A stretch of DNA of 64,000 nucleotides, taken from positions 7,120,448 through 7,184,447 of the forward strand of contig BDGG01000002.1 in assembly GCA_001949185.1 (NCBI GenBank). Direction: 5' to 3'. Each line of letters starts with the position of its first letter. Within the stretch, counting starts at the first letter, position 1. The stretch comes from Ramazzottius varieornatus (lineage: Eukaryota > Animalia > Tardigrada). Below the pieces are notes generated by a model that saw nothing but the letters and a program-made list of their open reading frames with translations, was not told where the DNA came from and ran no database searches. This document shows positions 53,823 through 64,000 of the stretch, piece after piece. The position numbers and the translations under genes are program-made.

Positions 53823-56800
53823 CTAATGCCTGGCGGACTTATGATGGTTCAAAGACTCTCTATGATGAACATGCAGGCCAACTTTCCGATGCCGGTTATC
53901 ACGTCGAACTGCGCCGCGCTGGAAGTCTTCCCTGAGCTCTTCCAGCTCTTCGCTACCTAAACAAGAAACAAACTCGACGTACAGACATGTCGTTCGAAAA
54001 CGAAAACTAAACCCGTGCACCGTAGTAGGCTGTGATGCTGTAGCACAAAATAGTGCCTTTTCCTTTCACGAATACTTCGCCATGCTCCTCTGTCTCGAAA
54101 TCTGTATCAAGCAAATCCTTCGTGGTGGTACTGCACTGTGCATGCATCTCTAAAGAACAAAAAACAAAAGTGGTAGTTTTACTGTTCCCGCACCACCAGG
54201 GGAAGTCATCTGAAAGAGCTATAGAACGCACCGTCCGTCGTCTCTAGCATACGCAAGGCAATCTGAAGGGTCTCTCCGAAAATGCAATATCTCGGTAAAA
54301 CCACACCTGTGGAAAAAGAAACAGAAAATGAAGGAAAGACAAATGCAACTTTTTTGACCAAATGGTGAATTTATTGTGCACGTACCAACAACGCCAGCTA
54401 CACAGGGACCTACAAGCCGGAAAATAGCGTAAATTACGACAAAACCATCGGTATTATTTTGGAAGAGAGAACTAGCTAGTACCAGAGTTTAATCCCAGCG
54501 CTATTTTGACCGTTTGGTTGCTGGAGCGATGGCGCAAACTGAATTTGGATACTGTAAATAACAAGTGAAGCGCGAGCTTTGCCAGTTCGCTGGCGTGCCT
54601 GCCTCCATTAGTGACCGGAAGTCCGGACGCAATCTGGAAAATCGGCCACGCTATGTTGCAGTTCGAAATTGATGAATTTATGGTTCACCATGACTAACCG
54701 TTCCCAAGTTCTCGTGGAAATCTATCTTCAAGCAGTCATATTTGACCATACACTGTTCTAGGTAGTTATGGAAGTCCATCACGAATTCCGTTGTCTGCAG
54801 TGTGGTGTAGTCTGCAGTTATGGATGCGAAGTTGTCGATGCAGAAGAGCTCAATGGTACACATCTCGAAGGTCTCCGGCTGGATTCTCTCGTTCCTCTTC
54901 ACTCTTTGGGCAATCGGTCTATAAGGAAGTGATGTTCTGCCGTGACTGATCAATGAGGAAGAAGCGAAAACACAAAGCTCTGACCGTACTTAGGTAGGAG
55001 ACTGTACAGCAGTTCTTCACTTTGAATCTTCTCTTGAAGTAGCTGCTGGCTTCTCTCCTCAATGATGTGCTGCAAGTTGGTCATGAGTTCGTCCATCTGG
55101 TCCAGGAGCGTATCTAATATCCCACCCTTCTCACCAAACCCTCTGCAAACAAAAAGAGCAAAGCACTGCTTCGACTTCCTTAATCATCCGTTTTACGGGC
55201 ATAAGACCGCACTACCGAACTCCAGTGTCTTACAAGTTTTTGCCCAAGTCGCGCATCATAACCTTGATCCGTGTAATGCTGGGTCTTTCGGACGGCAACT
55301 GAGACCACGCTCGCTTCGCCATCTCAATCAAAGCCGGACTGGCACATTCTTCTGGCAAGATCGGCCGGAATGGAACGACTTCCTCGTTCCCTGGCGGAAT
55401 GGGTCGTTTCACTTCCGCTACGACTTCTGAAGATGAAAGCCAAAATCAACTTGGGCACTTGATTTTCTTTCAAACTAAACTTACTACCAACCTTCAGCAC
55501 TCATCGCGCCGTACATGCCGAAAGGCGGAAGTCGTAGCATGGTTTCTTGAAGGATGATGCCAAAGCTGTAGATGTCACCGGACCTTGTCGGTGGTGGCGC
55601 CACGTTCCGTCCAAAGGCCACTTCAACCCGCATCTGCTCGGGAGCGGTCCATAGCATGTCAGCGTAGTAGTTAACTTCCCGCTTGGAAGCCCACATTTCG
55701 GCCACGGAAAGCTCGAAGAAACTGGGCAATCCATAGTCCGCTATTTTCAGAACGAACCGTGCGTCGACATAGCAGCATTTCGAGGTAAGGCGACTGTGGC
55801 AGTTCAATGCGCTATAGTGAATGTAACCGAGACCCTTTACCATATCGTGCAGAAGGGAAAAACGAATGATCCAGTCCAGCTTCTTATGATGGTCCAAGAG
55901 CATGCTCTGCGGAATAAGCGTAATATTTAAGAAATAAGCAAGAAAAAAACATTTCAGATCATTTATCACGAAACAGAAAGATTAATCAGTGGTCAGTGAA
56001 CCAATTGGCAATTGTGCAAGCTTGTGTTCCAAGTGGCGCCCCCTTCTAGGCTATATAGTTGGATCGTGCGCCACGTGAGGCACCGATCGAGGCAACGTAC
56101 ACCGTTCGTTTGCCGGCTTCCCAAACAAAAAGCGTTATTTCTCCGTTAGCCGGGAAGAATACAGAAGACATAACGAACTTACTTCGAAAGTTCCCTTTGC
56201 GCAGTATTCGTAAATGATCATGACATGATCAGGTTCGATACAGGCGCCTTCGAACTTGGCCAGGTTCTCGAACTTCAAGTCACTTATCGTCTGTATTTCA
56301 TCCAGAAGTTTCTGATTTATCAGTAAACGATATTTCGAGCTACGACGGGACATGTACAGTTTCTTTTTCCAGTATACTCCGTAGGGAAGTATGACTCCGT
56401 AGATCTCACGGTCCTCAGCCTCGGTCGACTTCATTTCGGACATCTCGATCTCTTCTTCCTCTTCGTCCAACAACCGGGCGGTTTCATCTCGGGTGGCCTT
56501 CCGTGCTTCGGCATGCGGGTCGGTGCTCGGAGTGTACAGCTCATTCCACTTGGCTAGCCAGACTAGTCGAGCTCGCTTCTTGGCTCTTTGATGAATATGA
56601 AGGTACCCTAGGAAGACGATGAGGAAGATCAGGCCGACAGCGCCGCCGCCACCAGCAGCTGTCGGAACAGTAATGTCGGCGGCTAAAAAGCAAAGTTTCC
56701 GATCGGTTTACTGTAAGGAAGAGGAAGGGGAAAGCACATACAGACCACATGGCAGGCTGCACCGTCGAAGCCGCAAGCTGGATGATCTTCCGGAGGAGTA

Positions 56801-58613
56801 CTTCCAGGCCATCGTGGGTCCAACAGCCAGGTGATGTAGCCTGTCCCGGATGGCCTGCTCGCCGATGTGTTGAAGTTATATGTGGCGATGGGCTAAGCAA
56901 AACAGCTAAACATGGATAGGGTTTTTTACCGAAATACCCAAGCATGATAATGTCACTTCCTGTGGGCAACTACAGCTCACCGTGAAATAGAAGTATCTGG
57001 CGTCTTGAATGTCCATCAAGTCCATGTCTTCTGAAAAGTCTACGCCCGGTCCTTGGAAGAAGAGACGGCTGGTCCCGGCTGTAAGCCGTGATTTTAGCGC
57101 GAGTTAGCATTGCTCTCCGAACAGTAGAAGGAAGCGTCAACTTGCAGAAGAACTTACTGTCGTAACCGTCGGGATGGCTCTGGAGGTAGTTTTGCACGGC
57201 CTGGCCAACATTCGTGACGCCGCTATTATTTCCTTCTGCAATGTGACGGATGATGTCCACAGCCATATGTAATGCATTGTAATGCGTGATAGCCGCATCT
57301 GACAAGGTGAGAAGAATGCCAACTACGTCAAACCGAAAGTGAAATGTAATCAACCTGAAAGATACTTACAGGTCGCCGTCTTGCCGGAAGTTCGTTTGCT
57401 GTTGTACTTCGTGATGATGTCCTTGTAGCGTGTCGGGTTTATCGTAAATATCTGCAGAGCAGCGAAAGCACTCCTCGCCGGATCATCCTGTGAAGTAACT
57501 ACAAGGTCATAGCTTCGCGCCGAAAGCCTCTTTTATACTCACATATTGAGTGGAAAAACTTGGCAATACTGACCGTCGTTCCATGCTCCGTATTTTACCA
57601 ACGTATCGTTGCCCAAGTTATCCCAAGCGAAGAAGGCGAAGGATCCGTTGCACATTCCCAGTGCGTTGGCGGCTTTCATTATACCCAGAACGACGTCACC
57701 CGTAGCAAACAACAGGACCACTACAAAGAAGACAGACAACGTTAAGATTCAAGCATAGTATAATATCAAACCAGCAATCACGGTCAGACCTCTGGCGTGG
57801 AGGTGAATCTCATTCAGCACGTCGTTGATGCCGCTCAAAGGATCAACATGATCAACCTTCTGGGAGTAGACAACCATGCTGCGGTTCCGAGCCAGCGATT
57901 CAAAATCTGTAACGCACAAGGAAGGCTGAGACAGACGGATAAAGAGATACAGTGCATTATGCCGTGCGGTCTGTAGACTCACCTGAAATGATGGTGCCGT
58001 AGCTCTTGTCCGGGTCTCCGTCATAGATGGTGCTTAAGTTTGACCAATTGTACAGCGCACAAAGCTTGAAAAACATGTCGAATTGTGTGGCGGTACTATA
58101 CGCTACTCTGATGACATGGGGATATTTCGAGATGTGGCGAGCGTAGGGGGATTCGGGAGACATGGTCAAGGTACCGTTGGTGTTCTTAGCGTTGTAGAAC
58201 ATGCTGAGTGGTGCTTGGATCTGCAGTTCGCGCGTGCAGGGAGAGGCGATCAGCGCGTCGATCAACGATGCGGGCGGGGGACCTCCAACGGGAATCAGAA
58301 GGGCCTCGGCTTGTGCGACAGCTTCGTGGCAGTCCACAGCGTTGCATGGCGGATGCGGGACCAGTGCGTTGATGGGTGGAAGGGTGACGACGGTCACTCC
58401 TTTCGCGGCCCAGTCCGCTACTGCCAGCTGGAAGGATCGCTGGATGTAGGTCTTGTAGTCAAGGCCGGAATCAGGTTGTGAGACGCCCAGTATCCCTACG
58501 ATCAAGCTAGTTATCTTCGAACCAGTCATAATGTACCCGTCGGTACAGGAAAACAGCAGAGGGAACACGCAGAGCATGATTGTCCTGAGAACACTCGCAC
58601 CAAGGTCTGCCAT
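53823..58613 (-). CDS. Receptor guanylyl cyclase-like protein (ANF-receptor ectodomain, TM, kinase-homology domain, degenerate cyclase); 3' end at 53823 if a last exon is spliced, otherwise 54007
   Basis: Signal peptide; DMVKGLGYIH, SRFVLKIADYGL-like RFVLKIADYGL, LWTAPE, GDIYSFGIILQE, LLYSLLP, ASGLP, GPCVAGVVG..PRYCIFG, VKGKG. Confidence 0.9.
56007..56122. repeat. Intronic palindromic element family A, copy 13
   Basis: ccaagtggcgcc(56034 heptamer)-N26-tgcgcca(56067); right end gttcgtttgccggcttccc; in a guanylyl cyclase intron. Confidence 0.7.
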
Positions 58614-59169
58614 TTCAGTGGTGGATTTCTGGTGAATGTACCTCATAGCCGGATCATTCGCAGCCATTGCTCCTACTGAAGTTACCATCGCGACTTCCGC
58701 TGCTGCTCCGCTTCACCCCGAGCCATCAGTGTTGCCTCATGTTAGGGTGGTTCAGCGTCGCGCGCTGCAGCTCGAGGATGATTTTTGAAACTGGGAGCAA
58801 ATTCAAAGAGCCGAATAAGAATGGATTCAATGGAAGAAGGTCGAGTAAACAAATCAAGCTTGCCTTGAATCAAGCGTTGATCTCGATAGCCGCCAATGGG
58901 TGAACGCTTTGTCACAATGCCCGCCTACCACCAAACCTTCGCGTTTTATTTAACATGTTGATGTCACTGCGTCTTTTTGAATTTTGAGTCTCCCAGACGT
59001 AAGATCCTAAGTTTTCTCGTAGTTCGTGAGGACCATCAGTGGGAGTCTGTAATCCGTTTCGCGCCGTCGACATCGGCTTCTGTTCAAGGCGAGAAGCGGA
59101 GCAACTTGAGCAGCGTCATTGACCAAAGTTTGTCATCCTTGCAGGTTGGAGCCTCAAGCCAGCGCGAAA

Positions 59170-61236
59170 ATGGATGCTGTCGAACCTTTACGCAGAGTAG
59201 ACGCTTTGCCCTCGGGTCCGTTGATCTATTCGAATAGATCTCGGGGACGAGGAGGCCGTGGAGACCGAGGAGGCTTCTCCAACCGTGGACGTGGTGGCGC
59301 AGCTGGACATTCTTCCGACAACACCTCTGAATTTCCTCTGCATCCTCGTAGCCGCTTTGGAAAGGCTGTGGGCATCACTCGCGTGGACTTGACCGTTCGG
59401 GAGGTGGGATTCTATTCCATGCATGGAGATATCAGCGATGAGTCGACGCTGGAGCTTCGGAACGACAAAAGTTTCCTTCGTCCGCTGACTCTAAAGTGCG
59501 CAACAAGTGGTGAAACTCCCGTGCCCGGTGGCTCCTGGAACTTGGACCAAGGCTTCAGCCAGAAGACGACGGATGAGCGAGTCAGATTCCGCAGCGGTAT
59601 TCCTGTCTTGATGAAGTGGCTGAAGGACAACGCAGAGGATCCAAGAATCCAGGCATTACGGTGGAAATTTTGTTTCGAATCAGCTGATGGTTCTCATAAC
59701 CATGTGTGTGTACCTTATGGCTAATCGGGTCGTCTTTTCCACAGTGAGCAGGTGGACTTTGTCTCCACGAATGGAATTCTGGGCGACTTAATGAAGGTGG
59801 CTTATCAGAAGGATTCGGGATACAGCGACGGCTGGATTTTCGCTGCTGCGAAGGTGAAAGATAAGATCATCATCAGCCATATTGCCCGCGAGAACCTGGA
59901 CAGCATTTTCAACCGCAAGGTCGCTCCAGCACGCACTGACGACCACAGCGCATTTTGGTACGACATCATCAGTTTGAAATCTCCTTAGTTTTTCTAGTAT
60001 TAGTATTGGTCCTTAGTAAACCGACTGATTCGATTCTCAACGCTGAAATTGGACCAGACGTTATGAGCTTACGGTATTGTGTGCGAATTTACAGGGGACG
60101 AAGGTTCGAAGTCTATATGACTCAACAGAGAAGTAAGTTGGAGGTCCAAGAAACCCATTCTATTTGAAAATCGAGGTTCGCTCCCTGGGCGTGTTTGCAT
60201 TAATTATAGAGGACGAGTACGGGGATCGTCGCGATGCTGCAGAGTTCGAGGAAGTGGGAGCGCCGCGTTACCGCAGTGTTGTCCACGCTAAACTGCGTGA
60301 CTTGAACTTGCTGCTGGAAGCCGGAGTGGATGGTGCCGATCCATTCAGCCAAGAGGGATATCCACAGAAATATGTGGACTTCACCATCATGCCAACCTAC
60401 TTCCTACCGAACCCGCGCAAGTTTTATCAGTAAGGCACACCTGTTATGGGAGCTCTTGTCCCCGAACGACTTCTTGTCTTTCGTATAGTACTCGTTCAGT
60501 GTAGAGAAGGCATCCCTACTCGTGCACTGTTTTTACTAGTTTATTGGCTTGGAAGTCCCACAAGGGTGCTGCGCACTCTCGTGGCCACAAATACTAGTTA
60601 AGATCTTGCACGATTATGGATGCATTTTGTCCACTGTATGAAGTCTATAATAATATGTTGATACAGTAGCCAGTCTTATCGTATCCGCAATAATGTTGTT
60701 TTCGGTTTACTTGCAGAGAACGAATGTTCCGTTGGTGGGTGAGCAATGTCCTGGCGGGAACTGGCTCGGTTCGAGTGGGTCTTCATGAGACTGGCGTCGT
60801 CAGCACAATACGTGCCTACAAGATCGCAGACATTCCTCAGCACGTTCGAGTAAGCAGGTATCTTGGTTCTAGAAAACCTTGGTTGTCTGTCTTGGAATGA
60901 TTCTGCTCTTAAAGGAAAAGTCTGAGGAAAATGGTATGGCGTATTGGGATCCAAATGTCTGCCTGGGCTTCCTGTACGCGCTGCTGAAGTATGTTCGAAC
61001 CAAGGTCGTCAAGGACTATAACAGGTTGGCAGCGGCTAGCGTTCTTCCTGTTTACTGTGCACCCTTGTAACCAGTCCCATGCAAGCATCTTCGTTTTCTG
61101 TGTTGTTTTGTCTAGTGCGGTGTACGAATTCAGCTGCGCGAAAGACGGAGATGGGTTTGTCAGCAAGGAGATACCTACGCAGGAAGCGGCTGGTCATACC
61201 TACTTGACCGACGATATCAGTTCCTTCTTGGGTTAA
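59170..61236 (+). CDS. DXO/Rai1/Dom3Z family protein with N-terminal RGG tract and degenerate catalytic motifs, multi-exon
   Basis: EVGFYS, NLDQGF, DFVSTNGILGDLM, WGRRFE, YRSVV..L..LNLLLEAGVDG, RWWVSNVLAG, WDPNVCLGFL follow the RAI1-family motif order. Confidence 0.8.
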
Positions 61237-61430
61237 ATAGGCACCGGTCCTTCGACGTTTCGCTGGGGTACAAGTTGCTGGGGTACATGTCAATCTCACC
61301 TAATACTAGCAGTGTAACATGCGCAAGTAATGACGGAAGTAGATTGCTCGAATTTATCAGTACGTATTTTTTGAAGAACTATATTTTTCGGTGATCCTCA
61401 TCACAATGTCATGACGTGAAAATCTTCTGT

Positions 61431-63619
61431 ATGGCGACACTCAATCTTGACAGTCGGAAGCTTGATCTTATTGCGCGACTCCCGTTTGCATTCGCCCTTG
61501 ACTATCTAATTGGTACTGCCTGGAGGCATGTTCCTTGGCCGACGCTTCCGGAATTTGATCCCATGCATTCCAGCTCTTCAGTTAATTCCACCCGCACGTC
61601 GTCGCCGGAAGAAATGGGCTTGGTGATAAGCGGTGTGCTTCGAGCAGCAAGTTGGCGATGTCTGATGGCCATAGGTAATAAGGTAATGCAAACCCCCATT
61701 TCAACAGAAGCCACTCAAATGAACCTTCGATCGAAGCTTACAAAGAAGTAACTTTCGGGTAGAAAGACCAGTTTAGTTTTGCAGGCGCAGTGCTGTGTTG
61801 GATGGTCGTCAGGTTCTTCCCGTCAACGCAGATTATCCTTGTCGCGATATGGGTCGAAACGGTTTGCATGCTTCCAGCGACAATCGCTCTTACCACGGCT
61901 ACACTCGAGCTCCCCATGCATTACGCCGTACTCGCAATGATAGGTTGCCACCTCGCTTGCTGGAATATGCTGAATAATCTCCGACAACTACGGCTACTCG
62001 AATTGATGAGCCTCCCGCCTGCTCAAGCGGAACACTATGCCGGTATGAACGTCCGGCAGATCGGCAACAACTGCTGGATGTACCTATGGCCGAAAATCTC
62101 CTTGATCGTTCTGGTCTACCGATATTTTCATCCTCCATCGGAGGCTTTCGTCAACATGGTAAAATTCGTGACGTATATCGCGTCCTTATCAGCTTTCGCG
62201 CTGGTTCTCGCGGGTCTACAGTGGCGAGCGTGGAACACCGTATACGTACTTCGAGGTCGCAGCAACGGAGAAATCCGTCTGTCGGTCATTTCCAACAATT
62301 ACTACAACGTGGATAACTTCATGTGGGTCTCCGTGAACGAGGAAATGATCAATAAGGCCTACGCCCTGGTGTTCCTTGGACACTGGGCGAACAGTATAGC
62401 GCCTGTTGTGTACCATCATGGAATACAGGCCGTCGTAGCAGCGGCACCGGAAGCTTTCGTACAATCTGCAACGACGTCATGGATTTCGCTCTTCGGGCTG
62501 TGTTGGGTATTGGCTTGTCTGTATCACAAAGTGATGACGCTGTGGTTCCGGTCGATGCAGATTGGTTTCACGGCCGCGCAAGAGCGGGACCACGCGGCTT
62601 TGAAATTCGAACTGTCGGGATGTTTTTACCTGTTTCTTTGGTTGGGTGATGTCCTGGACATGGATCGACAGCTGACTGTCATTCATGTCTCGCGGATGAT
62701 GTTCTTTTTCGTGTTGTTCAAACTGGCAACTATTCCGAGTGTCTCGGGTCAGGTGGCGCAGACTCAGGCTTTGGAAGGATCCGGAAGTGGGTTGAACTAC
62801 TCAAAGTACGTCGTGGAAGGCTCTATAGTTCCTGCCGCTCTGGGAATATTCTTACTGGACAGGTCAATATCTTCAGTATAGTCCATCATGATATTTCGAC
62901 TGTTGGGTAGTAAAGGATTATGATCCGTCTTTTGTTGCAGGGTTTGGAGGGCGCCGCTGGTCGTCGAACCGGTAATTCACGGCACGTGGATGACCGACAA
63001 AACATCCCTCTTCCCTTCGGACTTCGAAATGTGGATGCATGGTGAGACTTTCTTTTGCTCCGTCGACCTGGCTTTTCAGTCCTTACACACAGCAGTCAAC
63101 TCTGTGGCCGCCTACGGACACCTGGAGGCAGACTATTCTGCGCCGCTTTGTCATATCCTGATGGAAAAAACCGACTGGCTCTTCAAACTGTGGAGCCTCT
63201 TCCTCCGGCACATTCTCAACATTGTTCTGCAGTGCTTCACATTAACGTTGCTTTGGGAGAACAGGACCGACGTTTTCTACGTCTCCTTCATGTATTTCTT
63301 CAGAATATTCAACTGTATGGAGTACCTTCACGAAGCGTCTGTAGGTGGCGTTTCCGGTCAGTTCTTCTGCTGGTCGCGCTGTGTGATCAAAGCACTGGTA
63401 CTTCCTACTGAATCGCAATTTGCCGAGTGGAATGACAGATGTAGTATTTGTCAGCTGGAAGATGAGGACCATCAGCTGTTTTGTACTTTTCCATGCGGAC
63501 ATATTTTTCATCGAGAATGTATTGAGCAATGGCTGAAAGTACGCATGTGTTGTCCGTTGTGCATGCGCGGAATACGCTTCCGGCATGGCCGAATAAAAAT
63601 GGACAAATCATCGTTCTAA
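61431..63619 (+). CDS. Multi-pass membrane RING-H2 E3 ligase, RNF145/RNF139(TRC8)-like, 3 exons
   Basis: N-terminal LDLIARLPFAFALDYL (TRC8_N-like), many TM segments, C-terminal CSIC...CGHIFHRECIEQWL...CPLC. Confidence 0.75.
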
Positions 63620-63783
63620 CGTTTGCACTGCGTCATTAATCTATTTTCGTACATTTTCATAAATTAGTGAGCTAAAAGTCAGGAGGGCAAAAGTCCAGAG
63701 ATACAAATATATCAGAAAGCTTTGGTATGGCTTTTAGGGCACATTTTCCAGTACTCGTACAAAGTGAGTCTTTGGTTCGTCAT

Positions 63784-64000
63784 CTACTTCTTTCCAAAGG
63801 TGGCGAATCCGTTTTCGTAGGCATATCCATAGGGAAGACCAAAGTAGCCCAGACCAAATCCTCCGAGACCAAAGCCTCCGAATCCCCCGAAGCCAAGACC
63901 TCCGAGTCCAAAGCCGCCTAGACCTCCAAAACCTCCGAGCCCTCCAAAACCTCCGAGCCCTCCCCCATAAAATCCTCCGTTACCCCCATAGCCACCGTCT
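63784..64000 (-). CDS. 3' part of a fifth Gly-rich protein (runs off the window end)
   Basis: Minus strand reads DGGYGGNGGFYGGGLGGFGGLGGFGG...GYFGLPYGYAYENGFATFGKK*. Confidence 0.75.
   Translation of the reverse strand, partial: DGGYGGNGGFYGGGLGGFGGLGGFGGLGGFGLGGLGFGGFGGFGLGGFGLGYFGLPYGYAYENGFATFGKK

Noticed and set aside
63727-63921. Plus-strand ORF and 9-bp tandem repeats at the window end
   Set aside because: Antisense of the (GGF/GGL)n coding repeat of Gly-rich gene 5.

Overview
Gene-dense eukaryotic (animal) genomic DNA with many short GT-AG introns. The architecture suggests a compact invertebrate genome such as a tardigrade, but that is inference only. Recognisable genes, in order: SLC4 anion exchanger, CCDC96/CFAP184, dUTPase, a PNKP-type FHA protein, FUT8, a GT31 galactosyltransferase, ribokinase, MCM6, four tandem Gly/Tyr-rich secreted proteins (a fifth at the window end), galactokinase, WDR18, RSL1D1, an intron-containing tRNA-Leu(CAA), a receptor guanylyl cyclase-like gene, a DXO/Rai1-like gene and an RNF145/TRC8-like RING gene. 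Two related intron-containing pogo-type DNA transposons (DD42D, about 55-bp TIRs, TA target duplications; one intact, one decayed) and several MITEs are present. The most striking unexplained signal is a family of ~125-bp palindromic elements seen at 13 loci (16 cores), all inside introns. Their inverted AAGTGGCGCAC/GTGCGCCACTT half-sites keep a 26-27-nt spacing while the spacer sequence diverges. Other leads: a DXO paralogue with an RGG N-terminus and degenerate catalytic motifs (Cutoff-like), a probable pseudo-guanylyl cyclase, and Gly-rich peptides with N-terminal Gln and C-terminal amidation signals. All exon boundaries, alignments and counts were made by eye.
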